In this document: piece after piece, positions 1 through 9,588 of the stretch
Layout: every line of letters starts with the position of its first letter
Numbering within the stretch: position 1 is the stretch's first letter
NCBI GenBank assembly: GCA_902528215.1
Contig: CABZRR010000001.1
Span: 128,620-192,619 of the forward strand
DNA length: 64,000 bases
Reading direction: 5' to 3'
DNA from: an uncultured SAR86 cluster bacterium
Lineage (GTDB): Bacteria; Pseudomonadota; Gammaproteobacteria; Magnimaribacterales; D2472
Translations under genes and position numbers: made by a program
The notes under the pieces: generated by a model
The model's input: only the letters and a program-made list of their open reading frames with translations
Told to the model about the DNA's origin: nothing
Databases searched by the model: none

Positions 1-617
1 TTATTCAGTCGAAAGAAAAGCATGCGCTTTTGCCAATGCTCAATAAATTTGTCTAAAGCAAGACGTATGTTAAAAGTATCTCTATAAATTTTTATAAAAC
101 CATCAGCATCATTGGTATTAATTACTACATGATCCAATTTATGGGGTGAAGAAGCATTTAATTCTTTTAATTGAGGGAGATTCCCATCTAAGTGCTCTAT
201 TACAAATGAAAATATGCCTCTAGTAAGCTCAGGAGGCAAAAATAAATTTTTCCATTTTCTTGTATGTTGGTCAGAATTATTTATTCCTTGTCCGTTGGAT
301 AACTCTTCAACTAGAAATCCTTTTTCTACAAGGGAATCACTTGCTGAATTTATATCTTCAGTTGCAAAAACCATTCCCATCAAGCCCTCTCCACTTTGAG
401 CAAGATAATTATTAACTAGATCAGCGCCCTCGCCATTACCAGAAGCAGACAGAAGCTCAAAATATGTATTTTCAAAATTAAACAATGAATTACTTGTTCC
501 CCAGTCCTTATGAATACCCTTCCAAACTGGAGTAAAACCAAAAAGTTTTTTATAGTTGTTTTCTGCTTCCTTTAAATCCTTAACAGCAACAATTAAATGA
601 TCTAGCCTAGCAAACAT
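1..617 (-). CDS. VOC/glyoxalase-like domain protein (partial, C-terminus beyond window edge)
   Basis: Absent from the ORF track because no stop lies inside the window. A reverse-strand ATG at 615-617 opens the frame MFARLDHLIVAVKDLKEAENNYKKLFGFTPVWKG..., which stays open to position 1. The N-terminal pattern is typical of vicinal-oxygen-chelate fold proteins. Confidence 0.55.
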   Translation of the reverse strand, partial: MFARLDHLIVAVKDLKEAENNYKKLFGFTPVWKGIHKDWGTSNSLFNFENTYFELLSASGNGEGADLVNNYLAQSGEGLMGMVFATEDINSASDSLVEKGFLVEELSNGQGINNSDQHTRKWKNLFLPPELTRGIFSFVIEHLDGNLPQLKELNASSPHKLDHVVINTNDADGFIKIYRDTFNIRLALDKFIEHWQKRMLFFRLN

Positions 618-631
618 CTTTATTTACCTGC

Positions 632-1750
632 TTATAAACTTTTCTGATATCCAATAATAATTTGATAATCGGTTTTCATTTGAAGGTTATTTTTATCTTG
701 GTCAAGAGGCTTTAGTATTTCAATGCCAATTGTATCTTTTCCACCAGGCAAGAGATCCAAGTTTAGATTCATGCCTAGGCCTAAATGTAATTCTTTGCCG
801 CCATAGTTATTTGGATTTGCAGTTTGGACTGGAGCCATAATTAATGGGTTTCTTCCAGACAGGCTATCTGTATCAACAAACTTTAGTCTAGATGAAATAG
901 AGAGGGTCTTTGATAGTGAATATTGTATCCATGAACTAAGCTCTGTTGCATCTCCAAAAGACCAATCTGCCTCTGAGACAACAATTTTTCTTTTAAGTTG
1001 ATTGCCCAAAAAAATACCTTCACCTAATTCTCTTAAATTTGTTAAACCAAAGATTAGGCTTGTAGAGTTATCCCCAAGCTGCATTGCATAGGGCATGATC
1101 ATTTTCATTTTTTTTCCCATAGGTGTTAATGCCATTGCAGTAGAGTCATTTTTGCCAATTGATTCTTTTAATGCAATTTCTCCATGCCATTTTGAATTAT
1201 CAGTTTGATTGATATTAAAGAGGCCGTTAAGAGTAAAGCTTGAAAGATCGCTAGCAGAAGTACTAAATTGTCCCACCAGGTTTCTTGCCATCATGGGAGA
1301 AAACGAACTTAGGTTCATGTCTTTAGAAACATAGATTGCCATCAACATAAAAGTAAAATTATTACTGGGTGCGTACATGGCATCAATCATGGTCATCTTC
1401 ATCTCCATGTTTTTCGGAACAATTGAAAGATTAGCAGGCATATTGCTTAAAGGGTTTCTCATACCAAGAATTTCTGAGTCGCTAATATTTTTCCCGTCTA
1501 AAATATTACCATCCATTTTCATTCGCCCATGTTTAATGGATAACATGAAGCCTTTGTGATGCATGTTTCCCATTATTCCAATTGGAATAAAGCCGTGGCT
1601 CATGGAATGATGGCTTGAATCCATTTCTGTCATTGCTGAATGATCATGCGTCGAATGATCATGCGTCGAATGATCATGTTCTGATGAACCATCTTGAGCA
1701 AATAGAAAGGTTGATAGGAGAAAGAATAAAGTTAGTAAATGAAATTTCAT
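632..1750 (-). CDS. Secreted His/Met-rich protein, probable outer-membrane metal-binding beta-barrel
   Basis: N-terminal signal peptide (MKFHLLTLFFLLSTFLFA). It is followed by HDHSTHDHSTHDHSAMTEMDSSHHSMSHG, reminiscent of CopB/PcoB-type His/Met metal-binding tails. The remainder alternates in a beta-rich pattern. Confidence 0.5.
   Translation of the reverse strand: MKFHLLTLFFLLSTFLFAQDGSSEHDHSTHDHSTHDHSAMTEMDSSHHSMSHGFIPIGIMGNMHHKGFMLSIKHGRMKMDGNILDGKNISDSEILGMRNPLSNMPANLSIVPKNMEMKMTMIDAMYAPSNNFTFMLMAIYVSKDMNLSSFSPMMARNLVGQFSTSASDLSSFTLNGLFNINQTDNSKWHGEIALKESIGKNDSTAMALTPMGKKMKMIMPYAMQLGDNSTSLIFGLTNLRELGEGIFLGNQLKRKIVVSEADWSFGDATELSSWIQYSLSKTLSISSRLKFVDTDSLSGRNPLIMAPVQTANPNNYGGKELHLGLGMNLNLDLLPGGKDTIGIEILKPLDQDKNNLQMKTDYQIIIGYQKSL
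1638..1678 (-). repeat. 15-bp tandem repeat (about 2.7 copies of gaatgatcatgcgtc) encoding the HDHST repeats
   Basis: Direct reading of 1638-1652, 1653-1667 and 1668-1678. The repeat is in frame within CDS 632..1750. Confidence 0.9.
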
Positions 1751-2289
1751 GATTTTTTAAAAAAAAGTACAACCCCAGAAATAGATGTAAATAGAGCAAT
1801 GAACGAAAAAATTTTTAAAAGTGTATTATCAATATTATCTCGGTCAACCCAATCCATTATATGAAAGCCCCACATCAGATCCCAGATCCGCCATTGAGAG
1901 GATCTTATGGCAACAATTTCGCCAGAATATGGATTTTGATAAACATTGATCTCTTTGCCATCATTAGTAGCTGATATCACCTTATACAAGGGCAATTCTC
2001 TTCCCCTGTATTCAGATCCTCTTTTTGATTCTTCAATTATTTCGATACTCTGAGGAATAAGAATTGTTTTTTTTTCTACAATTCTTTTTGCAGATTCAAA
2101 ATCGAGCTTTTTTTCATTTATTGTTCTTTCAATTGTAGGTTTGACTTGAATCGCAAGATACTGCTCTCCGCGAACATTTTCTATTTTGTTAAACGAAAAA
2201 TATATCCCAGATATTGTCCAAAGAAGCAACTGAATTGCTATGAGCAGACTGATATATTTATGAAATTTTCTTAAAGTGATTCTTGCCAT
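1747..2289 (-). CDS. PepSY-associated transmembrane protein
   Basis: N-terminal LRKFHKYISLLIAIQLLLWTISGIYF resembles the PepSY_TM helix signature. There is a second C-terminal TM helix. It overlaps the downstream His-rich gene by 4 nt, which suggests an operon. Confidence 0.5.
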   Translation of the reverse strand: MARITLRKFHKYISLLIAIQLLLWTISGIYFSFNKIENVRGEQYLAIQVKPTIERTINEKKLDFESAKRIVEKKTILIPQSIEIIEESKRGSEYRGRELPLYKVISATNDGKEINVYQNPYSGEIVAIRSSQWRIWDLMWGFHIMDWVDRDNIDNTLLKIFSFIALFTSISGVVLFFKKS

Positions 2290-2303
2290 TAGTAATTACT
2301 GGC

Positions 2304-2711
2304 TCAGCCAAGCTGTCTACAAGTTTGAAAGTTTTTATAATGAGAATAAGCAACCATTATAGAGCCTATAAAGGTTAAAACTTCTTCGATGTGTTCACCA
2401 AAGACACTCTCACCAAAAAAAATCGCAAAAATTAAGAACCAAAGACCTGAAATGCCTAAATAAAGATAAGAAGAAATATTATGGTTTTGAAATCCAGAAA
2501 TCAAAGCATACAGACTTATTGGTATTACCAATATCAAAAAAACCTTATGAATTAGCTCATTATCAATCGTAAGAGCAATAACACCAGAAGTTAGAATTAA
2601 AAATGATGGCATTAACAAGCAGTGAATCATGCATGCCATCGACAAAGTGATTGATAGCTTGTCAGCTTTAAATTGAGTATTCATAATTTTTTGAGAACTG
2701 ATTTTATTCAA
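2304..2711 (-). CDS. MerC-domain membrane protein (putative metal transport)
   Basis: Four predicted TM helices and the Cys pair motif MACMIHCLLMP, typical of MerC-family proteins. Confidence 0.5.
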   Translation of the reverse strand: MNKISSQKIMNTQFKADKLSITLSMACMIHCLLMPSFLILTSGVIALTIDNELIHKVFLILVIPISLYALISGFQNHNISSYLYLGISGLWFLIFAIFFGESVFGEHIEEVLTFIGSIMVAYSHYKNFQTCRQLG

Positions 2712-2745
2712 GAGAATTATTTATCGCAAGTACTATATAAAGTGA

Positions 2746-3282
2746 TTATGTTGATATCTTATTTTCAATTCTATTTATCATAATATAGTAAATTGGCGTC
2801 ATTGCGACCGTATATGCAATTACTTGTGGGCCTATGATTTCAAATAGAGCGAAACAAGATATACCGGCAATAAAAAGAAAAAATAATTCTAAATAGCTTT
2901 TAATAAAGCCTTCTTGAAATGCGGCTTTAAATATTAAGAAATTAATAGGAAGATAAAGCAACACACTTGTAATAGCTCCTGGGCTGAAATCAGCAAAATA
3001 AAAGCTAAAGAAAACATGAAACAGTGCATTTACTACCTGGGTGGTCATTAAGAAGAATAGAACAATGTGGGCACTACCTCTGTTATTTTTTAATAGGTGT
3101 ATAAAGACCATTATCAATAAAAGTGAAATCAATCTTATAAGCACCTCTTCTGTTGCTATCGCATTGTTATCTGCAAAATAAGTGAGTCGCCAGTCTCTAA
3201 AATTAAAAATTATGTGCTCTTCAAAGTGATGAATTGCATAAATCAAAGGACCTAGAACAATAAGATTTTTAAAATCGGTCAC
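2746..3282 (-). CDS. HXXEE domain membrane protein
   Basis: The motif IHHFEEH lies near the N-terminus of a polytopic membrane protein. Confidence 0.55.
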   Translation of the reverse strand: MTDFKNLIVLGPLIYAIHHFEEHIIFNFRDWRLTYFADNNAIATEEVLIRLISLLLIMVFIHLLKNNRGSAHIVLFFLMTTQVVNALFHVFFSFYFADFSPGAITSVLLYLPINFLIFKAAFQEGFIKSYLELFFLFIAGISCFALFEIIGPQVIAYTVAMTPIYYIMINRIENKIST

Positions 3283-3291
3283 AGAGTTCCT

Positions 3292-3933
3292 TTAGCTTTT
3301 ATAAAATTTTTTATAAAAAAAATAACATAAAGCAGGCAAAACTGCGGCGCCAGTAAATGCAAGAAAAGACGAGTTGCTATCTATTGCTGCAGCACCTATT
3401 CCTGAAAAAACTATCGCAACTCCTAAATTAGTTATTCCGACAACAGAAATAAAATTCTTAAAAGGCATGTTAGATAAGCCTGCACTTAAAGTTATAAGCT
3501 CGGCAAAACCTGGGACTGGTCTAGATAGAATTAATCCAAGAGTATTAAAGTTTTTTAACGCTTTTTCAGCATCATTAAATTCTTCATCAGAGATAATCTT
3601 CTTTGCGATTGGGCGAGCTGCAATGCTACCAATTAAATATCCGATGCAGGCTCCTAAATTGAGGCCTATCCAAACCACGATTGAAGACAAACTCCAACCC
3701 AGCGACATCCCAGATAAGGTATTGGTAAGGCCATTAGGCACTGGCAAGATTACGTCTGCTGTTAACGCAACAATTACTATCAATGAAATAGCCATTTTAT
3801 TAGTTCCTGCCCAAGCCAACGCAGTATCTGCATAAGTTGATAAAGGGGTTTCTAAAAAAAATAAAGGTAAAAGGATAGAAGTAAAAAATATGATACTAAA
3901 AGAAGTCCATTTGATAATTGGCATTAATCGCAT
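3292..3933 (-). CDS. DedA/VTT (TVP38/TMEM64) family membrane protein
   Basis: Polytopic membrane protein with a SRPVPGFAELITLSAGLSNMPFKNF segment resembling the VTT domain core. Confidence 0.5.
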   Translation of the reverse strand: MRLMPIIKWTSFSIIFFTSILLPLFFLETPLSTYADTALAWAGTNKMAISLIVIVALTADVILPVPNGLTNTLSGMSLGWSLSSIVVWIGLNLGACIGYLIGSIAARPIAKKIISDEEFNDAEKALKNFNTLGLILSRPVPGFAELITLSAGLSNMPFKNFISVVGITNLGVAIVFSGIGAAAIDSNSSFLAFTGAAVLPALCYFFYKKFYKS

Positions 3934-3960
3934 AATGTATTTGTGTTTATTTTTAATTCT

Positions 3961-4758
3961 TTACCAGTTATCACGCAATCCTCGTAAGCCAATAAAGGTT
4001 TTTTGACGATCCAAACTATTCACATCAATTTTTAGTGAATCTGCAATTCCAAGTCGAACCTGCTGTTCATCGAGTCTAAAAAAAACATTTATCTCTCTTT
4101 CTAATCCAATATCGCTAATAAAACTCTCAGCATCGAGACCGTTTTTAAACTTATCTCTTAGTTGTTTAGCAGACTGATTATCTGGCTCTCTATCAAGGGT
4201 AAACTCTAAGTTATTTTCAATATAATCATGTCCTGGATATATTCGAACATTGTCTGAGAGTAAAAAAATCTGTTCCTCAAATGTTTTATGAAGAATTGAT
4301 GGCTCTCCTCCAAAATCACATCGCCCTACCCCTGCATTAAATAAAGTATCGCCACAAAATAAAGCAGGCATTTCAGTATCGCTACCCTCATAATATAAAC
4401 AAATATGGCTCATTGTATGACCAGGGGTATCCATTACCTTCAAAGTTAATTCTCCACATGTCAACTCATCCCCAGCATTTAAACCTCTATCAACATTGGG
4501 AATGGCATTCATGGCTTCAATATGAGCAACTAATTTAGCGCCAGTTGCAGAAATTACAGGATCATTGCCACCTATATGGTCATGATGATGGTGGGTGTTA
4601 GCAACTGTTTTTATTGTCCAGCCCTTTTTTTTTGCAACTTTAAGACATAAAGCATGATCCAACGGATCAATTGCAATTGCCTCATGAGTTTTTTCACATG
4701 CCAATAAATACATATAATTTTTTAGGCTATTTCTTATGGGTATTTGCTCGATTAACAT
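3961..4758 (-). CDS. gloB: Hydroxyacylglutathione hydrolase (glyoxalase II), MBL fold
   Basis: Metallo-beta-lactamase motif THHHHDHIGGN, followed by TPGHT and CGDTLF. Length is 265 aa. Confidence 0.8.
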   Translation of the reverse strand: MLIEQIPIRNSLKNYMYLLACEKTHEAIAIDPLDHALCLKVAKKKGWTIKTVANTHHHHDHIGGNDPVISATGAKLVAHIEAMNAIPNVDRGLNAGDELTCGELTLKVMDTPGHTMSHICLYYEGSDTEMPALFCGDTLFNAGVGRCDFGGEPSILHKTFEEQIFLLSDNVRIYPGHDYIENNLEFTLDREPDNQSAKQLRDKFKNGLDAESFISDIGLEREINVFFRLDEQQVRLGIADSLKIDVNSLDRQKTFIGLRGLRDNW

Positions 4759-5076
4759 TTATTTTTTCATAAATAATCTATCGATCATATTTAGTGGATC
4801 CTTATATATATTTTTTCCATTTACAAGAACAGAAATTTTGACTGAAAAAAATCCACCTATGAAGACTTCTACTGAATCAATGTCCTCAGAAAAATTATAA
4901 TTTTTTAAAAAAGGCCTTCTTGTATCAGGGATCATGCTTGTATTCTGGTCAAGATGTTGATTATCAATATATAAATCTGCAGATCCCTTGAGATTCCAAC
5001 CCCACCAATTAGATATCAAAATATTATGCTTTTGATAATTGATCTCCCATTTTTGAAGGTTAGGTTTTTTTTGCAT
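4759..5076 (-). CDS. Hypothetical protein
   Basis: ORF abutting gloB on the same strand. No recognisable motif. Confidence 0.35.
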   Translation of the reverse strand: MQKKPNLQKWEINYQKHNILISNWWGWNLKGSADLYIDNQHLDQNTSMIPDTRRPFLKNYNFSEDIDSVEVFIGGFFSVKISVLVNGKNIYKDPLNMIDRLFMKK

Positions 5077-5079
5077 TTA

Positions 5080-5541
5080 TTATTTTAAAATATAGGCCTT
5101 TATAACAAACGTATCTTTCAACATATCAATATCAATTACATCTAAATTCTGAGTACCATCACTAATTTGCACGATTTGTCGTATCTTGATTGTTGAGCCC
5201 TCACGATTCCAAACCCCTCTAAATGCTCCGGCAGCAACAGTATCAGCATCGAGTGCACCCCTGCCATTTCCGGTAACAAAGCCACTTGTTCTAGTTACAT
5301 AGGTTAGGTTATAGGTAACATAAACTGTTCCATATACTCCCATTTTTCCTGTAGCACTAATCGTTGACGATTCATCTCCAATGTCAACATTAGTCACAGT
5401 CATAACTGCATCAGCTTGGCGTTTTTCAAGGTGAAGGAACTCTTCTCCTTTATGATCATTGCTGAAGGATGGACTTGAAAAAGCTACCAGGATCATAGCT
5501 AACATAATATTTTTCATATATTCTCCTTTAATTTGCATCAA
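5080..5541 (-). CDS. Hypothetical secreted protein
   Basis: Signal-peptide-like N-terminus (MKNIMLAMILVAFSSPSFS). The internal start at M9 is likely. No recognisable domain. Confidence 0.4.
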   Translation of the reverse strand: MMQIKGEYMKNIMLAMILVAFSSPSFSNDHKGEEFLHLEKRQADAVMTVTNVDIGDESSTISATGKMGVYGTVYVTYNLTYVTRTSGFVTGNGRGALDADTVAAGAFRGVWNREGSTIKIRQIVQISDGTQNLDVIDIDMLKDTFVIKAYILK

Positions 5542-5653
5542 ATCTAAGTATGTTTTTTTTATTAAAGCATATTTTATAATTGATAGTAGAAAAGAGACGC
5601 TCAGTGTTTTTAATAAACAGTTGTTTTTATTTAAATTAAAAGTTCACTGTAAC

Positions 5654-6100
5654 TTATATCCACCTTCTAGTATTTTTTTTATAAGAAGCAAATTCTTTAG
5701 GAAACAACTTATTCATTGCTGCTTCTTCAGGGATAATTTGGAATTTTGTTATAAATAAAGCAAACAATAGGGTAATGAATAAGCCACCCAATAAATTAAA
5801 CTTTACAGATATAGAAATTAAGATAAAAACCATGCCCAAATACATTGGATTTCTAGAAAAACTAAAGACTCCGGAAATAACCAAGGAGGTAGCTTGTTCA
5901 GGTTTGAGAGGGTTAATTGTTGTTTGGTGTTTCCTAAAAGATGCTGCTGATACAATTAAAATGCATACACCGACAAATAAAATCAAACCGCTCAGAAAAT
6001 TTACCATACTAAAAATATATTCAGGGAAATAAGGCCCGGAAAAGTAAATACATAATCCAAATATTAATGTAACTATTGGAGGCGGTATTTTAGTGTTCAT
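5654..6100 (-). CDS. Isoprenylcysteine carboxyl methyltransferase (ICMT)/phospholipid methyltransferase family protein
   Basis: Membrane protein with the GVFSFSRNPMYLG motif characteristic of the ICMT/PEMT family. Confidence 0.65.
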   Translation of the reverse strand: MNTKIPPPIVTLIFGLCIYFSGPYFPEYIFSMVNFLSGLILFVGVCILIVSAASFRKHQTTINPLKPEQATSLVISGVFSFSRNPMYLGMVFILISISVKFNLLGGLFITLLFALFITKFQIIPEEAAMNKLFPKEFASYKKNTRRWI

Positions 6101-6107
6101 ACTATGT

Positions 6108-6575
6108 TTAGACCAATAAAGCGATGAAAATTGCCAAAAAAATAAGTACTAATGGTAATATCTTGTCAAAAATCCTAGAGATATCCTCTTTTTTAGGCAA
6201 TTTAGAATAATCAATAAATGAAAAGTACCCATCAGATTCATCTTTAATTTCTTGAGAAATATTATTATTTATGGGTACATTTTCAATATCTTTTCTATAA
6301 TTATGAGATAAATCTCTATAATTTAAGATATCTTTAGCTTTGTTTTGAGAATTTGTGAGTACATTATTATTTGCATTGGTAATCTCTATTGTTTTTAGCT
6401 CTTCAAGTATTTTATCTCTTCTTGCCCGGGCAATATCAATATCATTTGTTTCTAAAGATTTCTTTATAAACTCTTTTCCTATTATAGAAGAAATTTTTTT
6501 TGAAACTCTTTTTTGTATAAAGTAAATATCTTTGTTTTTTCCTCTCAAAACAAGATATTTATCATTTGTACTCAT
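6108..6575 (-). CDS. Hypothetical protein with integrase-N-terminal-like segment and C-terminal TM anchor
   Basis: YLVLRGKNKDIYFIQKRVSKKISSIIGKEFIKKSLETNDIDIARARRDKILEEL resembles the N-terminal arm domain seen ahead of some tyrosine integrases. No catalytic domain is present. There is a C-terminal hydrophobic helix. Confidence 0.35.
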   Translation of the reverse strand: MSTNDKYLVLRGKNKDIYFIQKRVSKKISSIIGKEFIKKSLETNDIDIARARRDKILEELKTIEITNANNNVLTNSQNKAKDILNYRDLSHNYRKDIENVPINNNISQEIKDESDGYFSFIDYSKLPKKEDISRIFDKILPLVLIFLAIFIALLV

Positions 6576-6632
6576 AATGTACTCATTATTTTAAACCCAC
6601 TTTTAAATGATAGCAAATTTGTACTCATAACT

Positions 6633-6992
6633 TTAAATCCATTGGTCATTTTCTGCTGTGAAGTTATTTGACACATCTCCTGTATTTTTGACCCCTATTG
6701 GCTCAATCAGCATTATTTTTGCTTCATTATTAGCAAATGGTTTATGTTTTTTTCCTTTTGGAATTACAATAATCTCTCCTGCAGATAATTCTATTGTTTC
6801 ATCCTCAAACTCAATCCCTATTTTTCCTTCAATAACAAAAAAGACCTCGTCTGTAAAATCATGTTTATGCCAGGTAAAATCATTTTCAATTTTAACAAGT
6901 TTAAATTGATAATTATTCATCTCGGCAATGACTTTTGGAGACCAATGATCAGTAAACTGTTGAAATTTATCTTGCAAGTTAATTTTTTCCAT
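6633..6992 (-). CDS. Cupin domain protein
   Basis: 119 aa with a cupin-like WHKH...EVFFVIEG...G...IPKGKKHKP pattern. Confidence 0.65.
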   Translation of the reverse strand: MEKINLQDKFQQFTDHWSPKVIAEMNNYQFKLVKIENDFTWHKHDFTDEVFFVIEGKIGIEFEDETIELSAGEIIVIPKGKKHKPFANNEAKIMLIEPIGVKNTGDVSNNFTAENDQWI

Positions 6993-7062
6993 ATTTTTTA
7001 CATGAGGTTACTTATACAACTATTTTAGATTATTATTAATTTAACATCTTAAAAAGTAAAAA

Positions 7063-8166
7063 ATGGGCAAAAAAAGATTCTTTGATGATAGATTGAAGTA
7101 TTTATCGTTTATTCAGAATACGGGAGAGAAAAAAGCAATTTCTGAGAAAGTTTATTCACATATTGCTAGCTTATCTGATAATAAGTCATATTTAAGAATT
7201 TTAGATGCTGGGACAGGTGATGGGACAATCTTCTCAAATATTATTAAAAGCTTTCATAAATATCATCCCTACTCTTCCCTATTAATAACTGGAAAAGAAA
7301 TCAGTTATGAAGATTTAAAAAATACTCTTGAAAAAATGCCAGATAGATTTGTTGAGCACCCAAACCTATTAATAACAATGACTAACGTAAAATTTGCTGA
7401 ACTAGGATTAATTGAGAATTCAAATAAAATTAAAGATAAAAAAATTAAAGAATTTAATTTAGTCCTTAAAAGCAACAACTCGTTTGACTTTAATTCTCAA
7501 ATAACTGGAAATCTTTTAAGAAATTTTATTAAAAAGAATTGGGGAATAGAAATTGATAAAAAAGATCGAACTTCATACTCGTCTCCATGCATTATTAGAG
7601 TTTATAGAGAAGACAATGTAAAGCATCTAGGTAAGTTTTTGAAAAATAACTACAAAAACAATAACTATGATTTGATATTAGCATCCCAGGCATATAGAGC
7701 AGCATCATCTGTAAACATTAAAGTTAAAAATGTTATTGGACCTTTGATGAGGTTATTGAATAAATCAGGAAAGCTTTTAATAACCCATTCAGTTGGCGGA
7801 GAATCTGTTCAAAAGATCTTAAAGTTAGCGTTTAAAGGTAAAGAAGCTTTTCCAAATAAAGCAAAAGATATAATTGGATATTTAAAAGATAATCCATTTG
7901 GAGAAAACAATATTTATAAGTTTTCTAAACCTCAAAATTATTATTTCACTTTCAAAAGAGCGCCAGATAAAACAGTTAAAGAATTATTCGGCCATAACAC
8001 AGATGCTAAATGGGCAAATATGTTGTATGTTGGTCAAATAGCAGAAAAAGATATTCAAGCATTTGAAAAAAACACAGCGCTTCAAAAAAAAATCAAAAGA
8101 GTCATAGATAAATCAAAAGAAATTCAATTTCAAAATGAAATATTTAGTATTACAAAGTTAAGATGA
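7063..8166 (+). CDS. Class I SAM-dependent methyltransferase-like protein
   Basis: Motif I-like ILDAGTGDGT about 45 aa from the N-terminus. The remainder is not recognisable. Confidence 0.45.
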   Translation: MGKKRFFDDRLKYLSFIQNTGEKKAISEKVYSHIASLSDNKSYLRILDAGTGDGTIFSNIIKSFHKYHPYSSLLITGKEISYEDLKNTLEKMPDRFVEHPNLLITMTNVKFAELGLIENSNKIKDKKIKEFNLVLKSNNSFDFNSQITGNLLRNFIKKNWGIEIDKKDRTSYSSPCIIRVYREDNVKHLGKFLKNNYKNNNYDLILASQAYRAASSVNIKVKNVIGPLMRLLNKSGKLLITHSVGGESVQKILKLAFKGKEAFPNKAKDIIGYLKDNPFGENNIYKFSKPQNYYFTFKRAPDKTVKELFGHNTDAKWANMLYVGQIAEKDIQAFEKNTALQKKIKRVIDKSKEIQFQNEIFSITKLR

Positions 8167-8206
8167 CCTCACTTTTTTTAATACATGTTAAATTGAGTTA
8201 CAAGTT

Positions 8207-8641
8207 ATGAAAAATATATTACTAATACTTTTTATTTTTTCTTCTTTTTCTTATGGGCATAGTGCTATGAAGGGTGACTTAAACGGGACCTGGAGGCTGG
8301 TTGAATATGCAGTAGATAAAAAATATCAAGATGTGCCAAACCCTACTCCGATTAAGATGTACATGAATGGAGAATTTATAATTATTTTTTATTTAGAAAA
8401 TAAAATGAACTTTAATAAGGGCAGATATTTCATTAAAGATGGGAATGTAACCGAAACAATTTTGTCAAGTAGCACTGAATCCCTTGAAGGCGAAGTAATC
8501 TCTTTTGAACCAAACTTTATGGGCGATAAAAACTCATTCAAAATAAATATTGATTTTGGAGATTATCAAACTTTTGAAAGATGGGAAAAAACCTACTGCG
8601 ATGTTGTGGAGTGCGCAAAAATTAGATCTAGAAATAACTAG
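8207..8641 (+). CDS. Secreted lipocalin-like hypothetical protein
   Basis: Signal peptide, then a GTWRLVEY motif common in lipocalin-like domain proteins. Confidence 0.4.
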   Translation: MKNILLILFIFSSFSYGHSAMKGDLNGTWRLVEYAVDKKYQDVPNPTPIKMYMNGEFIIIFYLENKMNFNKGRYFIKDGNVTETILSSSTESLEGEVISFEPNFMGDKNSFKINIDFGDYQTFERWEKTYCDVVECAKIRSRNN

Positions 8642-8667
8642 AATTTTTTAACTTTTACATTTTTAAA

Positions 8668-9588
8668 TCAAAAGTCTAGTGCATCAACAATTTTCCTAAT
8701 TTCTTTTATGTGAGAAGTTGTTGTTCTGCAACAGCCGCCTATTACCGAAGCTCCTTTAGTAATCCATTCAGAAACAAACTTACTATACTCTAAATGATTG
8801 ATATGTTGATGATTGTGATAATGCCATTCGTCAGAGTCAGTAACAAAACCCTCTAGCTTATTTTTTTTATATTTAGAGGAGTTTGCATATATACCAAAAC
8901 TTTTTTCTTTTTTTAGTTTTTCAATTGCAATGCTCGCGGTATCTGCGTGAACACAATTTACTAGTTGACAATCAACATTTAATTTTAATCCTTCATCAAT
9001 TGCAAGATCTAATAACTCTGTGCTTGGGAGTCTGTTAAGTTTATTTCCCCTGGTTGTCCAACTTAACCAAACTCGGTCTGAAAAATTTTTAGCAGTTGAT
9101 GCTGCAATAGTGCCCTCATAAATTGATGCCATTGTTTCACAAATGATTAAATCAACATCATCTTTGTAAATTTCGCCTAAGGTTGCATAAAACTTTTTCA
9201 ATTTTTTTTCTTTTGCACTTAAATCAGGCCTAAAGGTTATGTGAATTGGTGGAAAGCAACCAGCGATCTTTATATTTGCTCCAGTTTCAGCAACTGCTTC
9301 TTTGCATAATTCAAGTGATTTTTTTGCAAGATCTTCATATGAGGGGGCCTTTGGCTCTCTAATAAGTAATTCTGGAGTAGCCTGATAATTTGATGTGGTA
9401 ATTACATCAGCGCCAGCTTCAATGTTATCAACATGTATTTGTTTTATAACTTCTGGTTTATGTATTAAGCAATGTGCTGACCAAATAGAAGTTTTAAAAC
9501 TTGGGAGATATTCGCCTCTATTTTCAAGCTCAGTGCCCATGGCTGAATCAAGTATTAATGGTTTTTTAATTTTCGTTTTTAAAGACAT
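8668..9588 (-). CDS. Homocysteine S-methyltransferase family protein
   Basis: N-terminal LILDSAMGTELENRG and the C-terminal zinc-ligand motif GGCCRTT. Strong SD (AAGGAGGTG) 4 nt upstream of the ATG. Confidence 0.8.
   Translation of the reverse strand: MSLKTKIKKPLILDSAMGTELENRGEYLPSFKTSIWSAHCLIHKPEVIKQIHVDNIEAGADVITTSNYQATPELLIREPKAPSYEDLAKKSLELCKEAVAETGANIKIAGCFPPIHITFRPDLSAKEKKLKKFYATLGEIYKDDVDLIICETMASIYEGTIAASTAKNFSDRVWLSWTTRGNKLNRLPSTELLDLAIDEGLKLNVDCQLVNCVHADTASIAIEKLKKEKSFGIYANSSKYKKNKLEGFVTDSDEWHYHNHQHINHLEYSKFVSEWITKGASVIGGCCRTTTSHIKEIRKIVDALDF

Noticed and set aside
3374-3835. 153-aa plus-strand ORF
   Set aside because: It is an antisense shadow of the DedA/VTT gene, with low-complexity translation and no motif. 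The same reasoning applies to 214-399, 1377-1559, 5459-5758, 5775-6032, 6658-6909, 9395-9610, 12195-12383, 14108-14533 and 19322-19558.
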